Below are positions 1 through 11,543 of a stretch of DNA of 41,283 bases, one piece after another. The notes beneath the pieces were generated by a model, which saw only the letters and a program-made list of their open reading frames with translations, was not told the DNA's origin and searched no databases. This stretch comes from Octopus bimaculoides. Lineage: Eukaryota. Positions within the stretch are counted from its first letter, which is position 1. Each line of letters begins with the position of its first letter. A program made the translations under genes and the position numbers. The stretch lies in contig NC_068991.1 of the NCBI RefSeq assembly GCF_001194135.2, positions 16,406,439 through 16,447,721 of the forward strand, in the 5' to 3' direction.

Positions 1-242
1 TTTTCCCTTTACGGAAAAAGAAAAGCATCAAGTGCCGAAAATGAACTTTCTTACCTTCCATTTTAAAGGGTTACAGAATTAACACAGGTTATAGGAACAT
101 AAACCTTCTTCCACGAAAAAATAGCTTAAACTGTGCTCTAAATGGAGGTGTAGTCAAATCCTATTTTACGAACTCAACCATGTTCGAAAATAAGTCGAAA
201 GGTAAGCTAGTATAAATCGGCACGAACTTTCCGGACAACCCA

Positions 243-280
<38 letters not shown>

Positions 281-552
281 TTTGTTGCATTCCTTATAGA
301 AATATAACTGGAGAGGCAAATTCTCGAATCTAAAGCAGCGGTCTCGTTCTAACTGTTGTAAAATTTTGGCAGGGAAACGATATACGGAGAAGCTTAGTAA
401 ACCAAAGATAATTGAAAATAATATTCCTGTTATCTTGTTTTGTATCCTGTTATGTGTCATGATATTTTTCCTGCATATGTGGCGCACAATTTAAATAAAT
501 TGATATATACTAACTGTGGTCTAATCTTTAATTCCCTTAGCTAAAAATAATG

Positions 553-703
553 ATAATTCTTTTCACTATATTTCATCGACTCCGAAACGATGAAAGACAA
601 ATTCGACCACTGCAGAATTTGAACCCGGAATGTAAAGACAGACGAAAAACCGCTAAAGCATTTTGCCCGGCATGCTAACGATTCTGCCAGCTCGACACCT
701 TAA
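553..703 (-). mobile_element. tRNA-derived SINE family A, partial copy
   Basis: Reverse complement reads AAGGTGTCGAGCTGGCAGAATCGTTAGCATGCCGGGCAAAATGC...GGGTTCAAATTCTGC (A/B-box-like motifs) then TTTCATCGTTTCGGAGTCGAT; homologous to about 10 other copies in the window. Confidence 0.85.
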
Positions 704-714
704 TTCTGCCAATA

Positions 715-937
715 ATAACAATCCTTTCTACTATAGGCACAAGGCCTGGATTTGTTTGTGGAGAGAGGGACGATCGCATTGTCTCCAGTACGCAACTGGT
801 ACTTAATTTATCAACCCTGAAAAGACGAAACGCAAAGTCGACCACGGCGGAATTTGAACTCAGAACGTAAAGACAGACGAAATACCGCCAAGCATTTCGC
901 CCGGCGTGCTAACGTTTCTGGCAGCTTGCCGCCTTAA
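715..937 (-). mobile_element. SINE family A, near full length
   Basis: Head AAGGCGGCAAGCTGCCAGAAACGTTAGC, B box GAGTTCAAATTCC, central GATAAATTAAGTACCAG, tail GGCCTTGTGCCTATAGTAGAAAGGAT. Confidence 0.9.
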
Positions 938-944
938 ATCTGCC

Positions 945-1005
945 AATAATTACAATCCTTTCTACTATAGGCACAAGGCCTGGATTTTTTGTGAAGAGTG
1001 GGGAC
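945..1005 (-). mobile_element. SINE family A, 3' tail only
   Basis: ATCCTTTCTACTATAGGCACAAGGCCTGGATTT is repeated from 720-753. Confidence 0.75.
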
Positions 1006-1407
1006 AAATGTTGTAATTTGTAATTAAAGCCGGTTTTCCATCTAGTATAAATTTAAATATATAGAAATATATATTTATATTATGCATTTGTTCCTATGCA
1101 TGTATAATAAATGTATATATGCACACACAACACACACACACACTCGTGTATATTCAGGAAATCATACTTCATTTACATACCATCATCAAGAACATTCGAC
1201 ACGTCAGTAGCTGAAATTATTTCCTGAAATTTTGTAGGATGATACCAGAAAGATAAGATTTTCTATTAACCCAGATATACATACTTACGTATACATATAA
1301 GTATATAAGTTCTTTACAATAGTCTAGCTGTTGACTCTCTTGGAATGTCTAGTTTCAACTGAAAAATCCACCCACGAACGATAGATGGGCCCTCTTCATT
1401 GCCTCAG

Positions 1408-1409
<2 letters not shown>

Positions 1410-1446
<37 letters not shown>

Positions 1447-2400
1447 NNNNNNNNNNNNNNNNNNNNNNNNNNNNNNNNNNNNNNNNNNNNNNNNNNNNNN
1501 NNNNNNNNNNNNNNNNNNNNNNNNNNNNNNNNNNNNNNNNNNNNNNNNNNNNNNNNNNNNNNNNNNNNNNNNNNNNNNNNNNNNNNNNNNNNNNNNNNNN
1601 NNNNNNNNNNNNNNNNNNNNNNNNNNNNNNNNNNNNNNNNNNNNNNNNNNNNNNNNNNNNNNNNNNNNNNNNNNNNNNNNNNNNNNNNNNNNNNNNNNNN
1701 NNNNNNNNNNNNNNNNNNNNNNNNNNNNNNNNNNNNNNNNNNNNNNNNNNNNNNNNNNNNNNNNNNNNNNNNNNNNNNNNNNNNNNNNNNNNNNNNNNNN
1801 NNNNNNNNNNNNNNNNNNNNNNNNNNNNNNNNNNNNNNNNNNNNNNNNNNNNNNNNNNNNNNNNNNNNNNNNNNNNNNNNNNNNNNNNNNNNNNNNNNNN
1901 NNNNNNNNNNNNNNNNNNNNNNNNNNNNNNNNNNNNNNNNNNNNNNNNNNNNNNNNNNNNNNNNNNNNNNNNNNNNNNNNNNNNNNNNNNNNNNNNNNNN
2001 NNNNNNNNNNNNNNNNNNNNNNNNNNNNNNNNNNNNNNNNNNNNNNNNNNNNNNNNNNNNNNNNNNNNNNNNNNNNNNNNNNNNNNNNNNNNNNNNNNNN
2101 NNNNNNNNNNNNNNNNNNNNNNNNNNNNNNNNNNNNNNNNNNNNNNNNNNNNNNNNNNNNNNNNNNNNNNNNNNNNNNNNNNNNNNNNNNNNNNNNNNNN
2201 NNNNNNNNNNNNNNNNNNNNNNNNNNNNNNNNNNNNNNNNNNNNNNNNNNNNNNNNNNNNNNNNNNNNNNNNNNNNNNNNNNNNNNNNNNNNNNNNNNNN
2301 NNNNNNNNNNNNNNNNNNNNNNNNNNNNNNNNNNNNNNNNNNNNNNNNNNNNNNNNNNNNNNNNNNNNNNNNNNNNNNNNNNNNNNNNNNNNNNNNNNNN

Positions 2401-2440
<40 letters not shown>
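1410..2440. repeat. (TA)n microsatellite spanning an assembly gap (N 1447-2400)
   Basis: (AT)n on both sides of the N run. Confidence 0.95.
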
Positions 2441-2546
2441 GTACATATACACATATGTATTGATATAAATTTATAATTAACTAACATGACTCAAGTTGAA
2501 TAACCAATCTATGAGTGTGATAGTGGAAATACTCATACGTATATAT

Positions 2547-2582
<36 letters not shown>

Positions 2583-2995
2583 ATGTATGTATGTATGTAT
2601 GTATGTATGTATGTGAGTGTGTACATATACAAATAGATACAAACATACACACACGTATATATATATATAAACACAAACAGAATGTTATCTGTCCTATATA
2701 TATTTAATATGATGGAACCGACATACAGCAGTCACGCCACTCCAACTATATCTCTATATCTCTTGAACACATAATGTAGGATGATCATTATATTGTTATC
2801 AATATTTACATAATTTTTCTTCTCATATTTCTGGCCAGCGTCTGCCCCAAATGGTTTCTCTTATCTCCCCTTGATAAAAAGAACAAGAGCACGACTAGAA
2901 CGCAATAGCAACGCCGTTGCCGAGGCTTATATGAAGGGCTCGGCCGATACGTAGCTTCAGGGTCTGAAGANNNNNNNNNNCAAACCCCGCTTAAA

Positions 2996-3570
2996 AAATA
3001 AAGGGAAGAAAGTAATAAAGGAAAAGAAAGGGAGAAAAAGGGGGAAAAGAAAGCAGGAAAGCAAGCATGGAAAAGAAAGAAAGTAAGAAAGAAAAAAATG
3101 TATGTCAGAAGGGCAAAGACAGAAAGAAAGAAAAAAGGGAAGAAAGAATGAAAAAAAGGGACGAAAGGAAGAAAGAAAGAAGGAAGGAAAGAATGAAAGA
3201 AAGTATGTCAGAAGGGCAAAGAAAGAAAAAGGGAAGAAAGAATGAAAAAAAGAAGGGAGGGAGAAAGAAGGAAAGAAAGAAAGAAAAAAGTATGTCAGAA
3301 GGGCAAAGAAAGAAAAAAAGAAAGAAGGGAGGGAGAAAGAAAGAATGTCAGACGGGTAAAGAATGAAAGAAAAGGAAAAAAATGGAAAAAAGAAGGGACG
3401 AAGGAAAGAAAAAGAAAGAATGAAAGAAAGTATGTCAGAAGGGCAAAGAAAGAAAGAAAAAAGGGAAGAAAGAATGAAAGAAAGAAAGAAGGGAGAAAGA
3501 AAGTCAGAAAAAAGGGAAGAAAGAATAAAAGAAAGAGGAGTGAATGAATGAAAGGAGAAGAAAAGAAAAC
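2996..3570 (+). repeat. Purine-rich minisatellite, unit about 55-100 bp, with recurring motif TATGTCAGAAGGGCAAAGA
   Basis: Motif at about 3101, 3204, 3291 and 3431, with degenerate copies near 3346 and 3503, embedded in GA-only sequence. Confidence 0.85.
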
Positions 3571-4127
3571 TCACTGCCATCTCGAATTTTGAGAGGACGT
3601 CTTCCCGCACCCGGGCTCCAGGACCTAAAGCCGTTTTGTTTTAGCTCGCAAATTTTTTATTTTTGTAGGCTCTGCACCGTGGGAATATTACAGCCGAGGT
3701 ATCCCCCAAAATGTCATTTCTACCACTTAGTCAGAATAACAAAACGCTCTCTCTCTCTGTTTCCGTCTCTGTCTCTTTCTCTCCCTTTCTCTTACACACA
3801 AAAACTACAGTATCAAATGCGTCATTGACACCAAACACAATGTTGGGACGAATAGTAACAATTGCGCCCCGACCAAGATCATCTTACTTGCCCCTATCAG
3901 AATATTTAAATGTACAAAAATAATAAAGTGAAGTGTGACAGAAGTGCATCTCCATACGAAAACTACTGCATACAGTGTGTAACTTGCAAAAAGTATGTAA
4001 CTTCGTAGAGTGTGTAACTTCGTAGAGTGGGTACATATATAGGCGGAGACAAGGTATATCTGGAACCAGAGATCATCACCTTTTTGTTATGGTTTACTAT
4101 CGATTTTTAATACATTTGTCCATAGCT

Positions 4128-4145
4128 CTCACACTCACACTCACA

Positions 4146-4177
<32 letters not shown>
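4128..4177. repeat. (CA)n/(CACACT)n microsatellite at the 3' end of the LINE
   Basis: Direct observation. Confidence 0.9.
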
Positions 4178-4178
<1 letters not shown>

Positions 4179-5095
4179 ATGCTCTCCAATCTACAAGCAC
4201 GTTCACTCTAACCGTTTTTGTTACAGTCATCCACCTTTTGACGAATTTACTGGGAGAGGAGAGGACTTCACTCTTTATCCTCATTTTCCTTTCCAACTGA
4301 AACTTGAAATAGTCAATGAGAGCTTGACCGAAGAGGAAGGTCTCTGACTTCGGTCCATTCAACCTCGGCCAGAGGAATAACGCCTGCCTTGTTTTCTTAA
4401 AAGTGGATCGTGGGACAATCCTCACCATGGATTGCGTTTCATCGCTTAGCGAATACGGTTTCATCACTTAGCGCGCACCTCGGGCGTTCCTGCCTTTTAT
4501 GCTTGTAGACTTTATCTTGAACAGGCAGCACTCCTCGGGAGCATTGCCAGACCAAGGATTTATGGAAGTAACCATGGTAATTCCTGGCCCGAAAGTCTTA
4601 CGGAACAGACCGACTAGTTCGTCCTCCTCAACTCGTTCAGTTTCTCCGAGAACGTAATCGCTCTTGCCAACTACTAGTGTGGTGATTATAGCAGCGACTC
4701 CATCTACGAATATCTGAAGAAGGAATTATATTCCGAAATATCATCGAACTATGGATAACTAAATTACAACAGGTATATAGTCCATTTTTTGTATTATAGT
4801 GCATTGTTGTACCATTCAAAACTTTTTTATTCTTTACTAGATCTCTATCATAGAACTTCCACTGACCGCATTACCCGACACGTAGAGATCGGTGAGCGTT
4901 TGACGACATTCTTGGTGCTAAACACCCAGCTTTGGTCTTCTCTTGACCCGGAACTGCAGCTCCGTCAAAGAGGTGAACGTGTCTTACAAACGGAGACTAC
5001 AACTGCTCATCGTCCGAGAAAATCAGCAGGTGGTGCAGCCTGCCACCAGGGCGACAGATGAGGGGAACGAGGCAAAGACAGGCATGAAGTGTGGT
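4178..5095 (-). pseudogene. 5'-truncated, decayed L1/Tx1-clade LINE ORF2 C-terminus (zf-RVT region)
   Basis: Minus-strand translation across frameshifts: LTELQFRVKRRPKLGV*HQECRQTL...LVVGKSDYVLGETERVEEDELVGLFRKTFGPG...KSLVWQCSRGVLPVQDKVYKHK..RPRCALSDETV...FGQALIDYFKFQLERKMRIKSEVLS..KFVKRW. The W-x3-RGVLP..CPxC..ETV pattern is typical of Tx1/L1 zf-RVT. Confidence 0.75.
4678..4840. mobile_element. 163-bp insertion in the LINE flanked by 6-bp direct repeat TACTAG
   Basis: TACTAG at 4672-4677 and 4835-4840; LINE-like coding sequence resumes on both sides. Confidence 0.55.
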
Positions 5096-5599
5096 GATTT
5101 GCGTAGAATGGAATGATTAAAAATAAATAAATAAATAAAATAAAAGCAGCTTCAACAACAGACATCTTTGTCGTCCAAAAACTGTATCTAAATTCTCCAA
5201 ACTTCCATTAAACAGGCTGTCTTTTTTTTGTTCCTTAAAGAAAGTAAACAAGGGAGATAAACTAATCTCATTTTAAAAGTTATCAGCAATATTGCTAAAG
5301 ATTATATGAAAGCAGAAGATAACACCACCTATCGTACAAGCAACGTCTGTCTATACACAGCTGTTACCTCTCAAAAAACATCTATGTCTATAGTACACGC
5401 AGTAGTGAAAATTGCCACCCAGGTAGGTAAGAAAAAAAAAAAAAAAGAAGAGAAATATTAACAGTCTGTTTAGACACAATTATAAGGTGTAAGATATTTT
5501 GATTCTAGTAACACTAATTTAACTGTGTATCTTTTACGTGGATGGCGCCTCTGAGTTATTGATTTTGGTGATTCCTTTTCAGTGTATTAGTTTTTCACC

Positions 5600-5925
5600 A
5601 GCACCGATTTCAAATTTTGGCACAAAGCCAGCAATTTCGACGGCGGGAGAGGGGTAAGTCGATTACATCGACTCCAGTGTTCGACTGTTACTTATATTAT
5701 CGACTCCGAAAGGATTAAAGTCGACCTCGGCGGAATTTGAATTCAGAGGGTGAAGACGGACGAAATGCTATGAAAAGCATTTTGTCCGGCGTGCTAAATA
5801 TCTTGTCAACTCGCCGCCTTTAAAATTTGGCACAAGGTCAGCATTTTCTAGGGAGGTTGGAAAGTCGAATACATTAACCTCAGTAATCAACTGGTATTTA
5901 TTTTTTTGTCTCCGAAAGGATGACA
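5600..5925 (-). mobile_element. Two head-to-tail SINE family A copies (5600-5821; 5822-5925 cut by a gap)
   Basis: TCGCCGCCTT head immediately followed by TAAAATTTGGCACAAGGTCAGC tail of the next copy. Confidence 0.8.
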
Positions 5926-7863
5926 NNNNNNNNNNNNNNNNNNNNNNNNNNNNNNNNNNNNNNNNNNNNNNNNNNNNNNAGGACTTATCCTTTCTAAGGA
6001 TCTAGTTTTTTTTTTCATTCGCAAAACATGCATTTTTTAAAAGGAAGTAAAAAATCTGAAAGTTAGCTATAATAGTGTCGCCTTCCAGTCTCATTGCTTT
6101 GAAGGTTTGATGTTGTGAAAAAAAAATTGGAGAAAAATGTTAAAGAGGTTTAAAAATCGAAAAAACTTTATTTTTAGCTAATAACGAGACAAATGTTTCC
6201 TGCTTTTAGCGGAGCGGTGTCAACTTTAAGGTTGTACCCTGTGAAATTTATAGTTTAGCGTCTGACCTGTTCATTGTAGGTTTCTAAATAAACAGAAATA
6301 CCTAATAAAATCAACATGTATAAGCTTACTGTTTCTTTTGTCTCTTCATCGATTGTATGGTCTTATTATTTTTTTTAATTTGTTATATTAATATATTTGT
6401 CTGCTTGTGTTTACTTTATGTGTATTTCAGTATTATGTATACCCGTCATGTATTTGTGTACATCGTTAATATATAAGTGCATGTGGATGTATGTATTCAT
6501 ACATAAGTTTATATGTACATTTATGCATTCATTTGTGTGTGTGTGTGTGTGTGTGTGCGTGTGTGTGCGTGTGTATGAAGGGGGCGTTTGTCTCCAAAAG
6601 TCTAAAACTGAGTAACGTTTTCATGCTTGGATTTGTAAACTATGATAAGAATAAAACTGGTCAACAAAGAATTTGTCCCAAGGAAAAGAATATCTGTATC
6701 TTATGGTTTTGCATGCAGAATTCAAAAATAATGTCAAATTATGTGTATCACCCACAGTTTATCTGTTCCACGATATTCCTCTCAGTTTCTGTTACGTGGG
6801 ATAAATTTCAGTCAAGCTGTTGAAATGTGAAGCCAACGGTTTGAGAAATACTCCTAATTGAAATTTTTATGAACAGAATTAACCTAGTGAAATCATAAAC
6901 CTAGCTATCTGAGTCAATGAGTCCCAAAAATATATGAAATGAAAAAAAAATGTTCAATTGTAGTATGATATTAATAAAAATTAAAATATTAAAGAATATT
7001 AAGAATATTAAAAATATATACTGTCCTTTGAGAATTTGTAAATCCAATCCCTCTTATAATTTGGAAAATTCATGTTTTTTCTTTTGTAGATATTTTATAT
7101 GATATATAGTTTTTGATGTTGGTATATTTTTCAAAATATTTGAGAATCACAGTACATTATTATAGTAGAGTCCATCTTGTTAGATTTATTGCGTTATTTC
7201 GCAATAATTAAATATATAATATAATATTGGTAAATCCTATGAATCACATCCAATATTTAAATGTTCCATCCACTGCATTATTAAAAAGTTTGGTTAGAAT
7301 TGAGATAATTATATATAGAAGTTTTATTCATTTGTCAGAAGATTCCATTTCAAATTCAATTTTAATTTAATATGAATATTATTATTACTTATAAAAGTAA
7401 TATAATAGAATCTAGGTTCAAATTCTTAAGTGTTTAGATTTAACATTTATTTTTAATTTTAATTTAATATACTTATGAAAATAATGTAGATTACTAGTAT
7501 TTGAGTTCAATTATTAAGTGTCTAGATTTAACACGTATATATATATCTAACATTTATATATATACAAATATATATGCATATATATACATATACACACATA
7601 TAGATATATATATACATATATACATACTTTTTTTTACATATCAATACAAATGCTTATACAAATATGCACATGTGTTTTTTCTATTCAACCTTGTTTTGGA
7701 TCTATTATAATATTTAAAGGTTTTGTAGTACCTATGTTTACATGATGATATCGCGTCTAACCTGCTATTTATTAAATTATCAAATTTATATAGTAATATA
7801 TGCAGTGATTCTAATGTGCATAAACGGCAATTATTTGATTTATGTGTATATGGTATGGCAGAA

Positions 7864-7894
<31 letters not shown>

Positions 7895-7911
7895 TCGTTT
7901 ATATATATATA

Positions 7912-8336
7912 GGGCATTATAACAGAAAAATAATAACGCCACACAGTGGACTTCTCAAAATAACCACATTTAGTACCTAATGCGAGGAAAAACAACCAAC
8001 AGAAGACGACCAACTTTCTTTTAAATAAACTTAACTGTGTATCGAACGATTTCGCGATTACTAGAATGAATCTAGATTTCGTTCATCAGCACAGTATTGT
8101 CCCAAAAATATATATAAATAAACAGAATTCTCACCTCTGTTTATTTATATATATTTTTGGGACAATACTGTGCTGATGAACGAAATCTAGATTCATTCTA
8201 GTAATCGCGAAATCGTTCGATACACAGTTAAGTTTATTTAAAAGAAAGTTGGTCGTCTTCTGTTGGTTGTTTTTCCTCGCATTAGGTACTAAATGTGGTT
8301 ATTTTGAGAAGTCCACTGTGTGGCGTTATTATTTTT
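7912..8336. mobile_element. Penelope-like (PLE-derived) inverted-repeat element: perfect 201-bp arms 7926-8126 / 8136-8336 with a 9-nt spacer
   Basis: Arms are exact reverse complements; left end abuts (TA)n-GGG; each arm holds a hammerhead motif; right end runs into a gap. Confidence 0.7.
8167..8228 (+). ncRNA. Candidate type I hammerhead ribozyme (mirror copy at 8034-8095 on the minus strand)
   Basis: Stem I ACTGTG/CACAGT (6 bp); core CTGATGA 8173-8179; stem II CGA..CTAGA-TTCAT-TCTAG..TCG; GAAA 8209-8212; stem III ATCG-TT-CGAT; AUA cleavage triplet (after 8222). The 10.1-11.1 position is an A.C mismatch. Confidence 0.65.
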
Positions 8337-8546
8337 NNNNNNNNNNNNNNNNNNNNNNNNNNNNNNNNNNNNNNNNNNNNNNNNNNNNNNNNNNNNNNNN
8401 NNNNNNNNNNNNNNNNNNNNNNNNNNNNNNNNNNNNNNNNNNNNNNNNNNNNNNNNNNNNNNNNNNNNNNNNNNNNNNNNNNNNNNNNNNNNNNNNNNNN
8501 NNNNNNNNNNNNNNNNNNNNNNNNNNNNNNNNNNNNNNNNNNNNNN

Positions 8547-8578
<32 letters not shown>

Positions 8579-8580
<2 letters not shown>

Positions 8581-9060
8581 GTACAAGACGTCACAAAACG
8601 TAAACAACATGAAATGTGAAGACAAACTTTTTTTGCGAACGAGAAAAACAAATGGAATTCAAGACAAGTAACAAAAAGTCAAGTAACATAAAGAACGATC
8701 CTTCATCAGTTGTCGGCTGTTTTATCTACTCCACATTTCAAGCAATTCACGACAATATGTGTCTTCGAAGAAACAGTTACTCCTGCAAACCGAAATAAAA
8801 TTTTGGATTTTACAGAGGGTCAAAATTGGTAAGAAAAACAGGACAGTGAAACAAATAGTGATGGCTGCTAAGCCAGATGGGGTAAGGTGGCGAACGCTGA
8901 GGAACATTCTTTGACAGGAGAAAAGATAGGAGAGGAGACAATTAAGAATACGTCTGGTCTGTGCAACAGACCGGAAGAAAAGAAAGATGACTACGTGTGG
9001 AAAAAAAAGATGGACGATGGTCACGTGTGAGCAACATGAGAGTAAAGAAGGAAGAGGGCA
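8579..9060 (-). mobile_element. PLE-like non-autonomous repeat with terminus (TA)n-GGGTACAAGACGTC
   Basis: Homologous to 22404-22945 (CTTCATCAGTTGT.GGCTGTTTT.CTACT.C.CATTTCA; GGATTTT.C.GAGGGTCAAA.TTGGTAA); carries CTGATGAAGG on the minus strand. Confidence 0.55.
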
Positions 9061-9254
9061 TGGGAGAGAGAGGGACAGATAAAAAACGGTGAAGGAGAGA
9101 AAAAGACTTAGAGAAAGGATGAGAGGGAAAACGAAAGGGGGAGAAAAAATTAGAGAAAAGAAGAGAAAAACGAAAGGGGAGAGGGAAAGAGAGAGAGAGA
9201 AAACAGTATAGAAAGTCGCATCAAAATTATTAAGATAAACTTATTTTCATTGAC

Positions 9255-9330
9255 AAAGGTCAATCCTGGTCGAGCAAATCTATGATCAAAGGCGTCCCAG
9301 CGATGACCATCTCATCCCATTCTATCTGCT
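9255..9330 (+). mobile_element. Interspersed repeat family C fragment
   Basis: GGTCAATCCTGGTCGAGCAAATCTATGATCAAAGGCGTCCCAGCGATGACCAT; related copies at 10074, 10839, 13045, 14030, 34105. Confidence 0.7.
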
Positions 9331-9659
9331 TTTTTTTTTCTTTTCAGAAATAATCTGAGAATACATTTTCCAATGTATCCTTACTGCAATTTTTTTTTAA
9401 ACACCGCAAGATGCTATTTGAGGGGAATTCGGCTGCTAAGTTTTGCTGGTTGTGCGCCTTTTTAGAAGCTGGTGTTCTCTCTCCTTGTCTGCTAGAGAAG
9501 TTAGTGAATGTGGTGATGGTAAGAAGGGAAGAACGGTGTGAAAGGTGGGTGGGTATTATGGCACGGAGATGGTTAGCTCTCGGAGTGGATGGTGTGTGTG
9601 TGAAAGAAGGGTAGATGGAAGAAAGATTGGTAAATAGTTTATAGGGTGTCTAAGAGGGG

Positions 9660-9915
9660 CAATGCTAGTGGTAACAGTGGTGGTAGTGGTGGAAGCGGAG
9701 ACGGAGGCGGCGGAGACGGAGGTGGCGGAGACAGTGGTAGTGGTGATGACGACAGTGATGATGGTGGTGGGTGGTGGTGATGGTCGAGGTGGTTGTGGTA
9801 GTGGTGGGAGCCGTAGTGGTAGTAGTAGTAGTAGTAGTAGTGCTAGTGTTAGAGGTTTTGGTGGAGGCGGTGGTGTTGGTGATGCTGGACGTGGTGGTGG
9901 TGGTGGTGGTTGTGG
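9660..9915. repeat. (GGT)n/(AGT)n low-complexity tract
   Basis: Degenerate trinucleotide array. Confidence 0.9.
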
Positions 9916-10039
9916 TGGTAGTGGCATTGGTCTTTGCGATAAGAGGTGACGAGTGTTTGGTTGGTAAGCTGTTTGGGGTTTTTATTAGCAGAAGTGATGA
10001 TGGAGTTATTCAGTGATGTCGGAGGTGATGACAGTGCTG

Positions 10040-10471
10040 CGTTGGATGATGATGATGATGATGATGATGATTCTATTGGTTAGCCCCGGGTCAATCCCGA
10101 TAGAGCTGATTTATGATCAAAAGCATCGCTTGTGTTTTGTATGTATGTATGTATGTATGTATGCATGCATGTATGTATGATGTATGTATGTATGTATGTA
10201 TGTGTGTGTATATATGTATGTATGTGTGTATATATATGTATGTATGTATGTACGTATGTACGTATGAACTCGTGTTTATATACAAATATATACACACACA
10301 TACACACACATGTATACACATGTATATAAACACGCATATATATTTACACACACACACATATACACACATATAAAGGGATAGTGTGTGCGCATACGCGAGG
10401 TGATAGCGATGACGCTGATGATGATACAGTAGTAGTAGTAGTAGTGGTGGTGGTGGTGGTGGTGGTGGTGG
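10040..10471. repeat. Compound microsatellites (GAT)n, (GTAT)n, (CA)n, (GGT)n with a family C fragment at 10074-10135
   Basis: Direct observation. Confidence 0.9.
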
Positions 10472-10838
10472 NNNNNNNNNNNNNNNNNNNNNNNNNNNNN
10501 NNNNNNNNNNNNNNNNNNNNNNNNNNNNNNNNNNNNNNNNNNNNNNNNNNNNNNNNNNNNNNNNNNNNNNNNNNNNNNNNNNNNNNNNNNNNNNNNNNNN
10601 NNNNNNNNNNNNNNNNNNNNNNNNNNNNNNNNNNNNNNNNNNNNNNNNNNNNNNNNNNNNNNNNNNNNNNNNNNNNNNNNNNNNNNNNNNNNNNNNNNNN
10701 NNNNNNNNNNNNNNNNNNNNNNNNNNNNNNNGTGTCAGATATTGTTGTTTCGTATTTACAAAACGTTTTATTTTGTTGCTGTTTATTTAATCTGTTGATA
10801 TGTTTGTCTTCTCATTTTTTTTTTCTGAAGAAGTGATG

Positions 10839-11030
10839 GTTGTTGTTTAACCCCGGGTCAACCCTGATCAAGTAAACATGATTAAAAGCGTTCTTGTTGT
10901 GACTCCCCCTCCCCCACCGCCTGCCCGCCAAACTTGTTGTGAAACCCTCCCCATGAATACCTTATCCGACGTGTCCTTATTGTAAAGTGGCAGGGTGCAA
11001 TTTGAGGGTTTTTTTATATTTTAATTTTTT
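10839..11030 (+). mobile_element. Family C repeat fragment
   Basis: GTTTAACCCCGGGTCAACCCTGATC...GTGTCCTT...GGCAGGGTGCAATTTGAGGG. Confidence 0.65.
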
Positions 11031-11471
11031 AAATTATTTATTTATTTATTTGTGTATTTATTTATTTATTTTAGTTGTGGAAGCGACCCTATAGCTTCAA
11101 GAGTCCCCTTTTGCAGATCGCTTCAAGAAGAGAAAGAACCTGGTGTGGTGGTGGTGGTGGTGGTTAACGACGACGACGACGATGATGGTGATGATGATGA
11201 CGACGGTGATGGTGACGATGACGATATGACATCACCCCTTCCTTCCTTAATTATCTATCACCCCTTCCTTTCTCATTCATAAACACAAGAGTATTATTAT
11301 AGTAGATTATCTCAGTAACCATGGAAGCTATGAAAGAAATACAAAGCCCAGCATCACCACCGGATCATTTTTCACATCTGTGTAATTTTAAGTGCAATTC
11401 CACCCAGCCGTTTGACCATGAATCCCAAGACAAGAAAGAATCACCCATATCAAATTTATATTATATTATAT

Positions 11472-11517
<46 letters not shown>

Positions 11518-11543
11518 TATATGTATGTATGTATGTATATATA

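Noticed and set aside
5241-5422. Possible first coding exon (AG acceptor 5240, ATG 5306, 39 codons, CAG|GTAGGT donor)
   Set aside because: Plausible signals but no homology or domain; such matches arise by chance in 41 kb. Needs RNA-seq
6900-7800. Very AT-rich tract as NUMT or viral relic (with an about 90-bp degenerate tandem at 7355-7540)
   Set aside because: No recognisable mitochondrial or viral protein motif in any frame
8690-8745. CTGATGAAGG motif (also 22527-22545) as a hammerhead
   Set aside because: No stem II or downstream GAAA can be paired; the upstream GAAATG gives no valid NUH. Kept only as a PLE-like signature
9556-10016. Pro-, Gly- and Val-rich ORFs
   Set aside because: (GGT)n low complexity keeps several frames open on both strands
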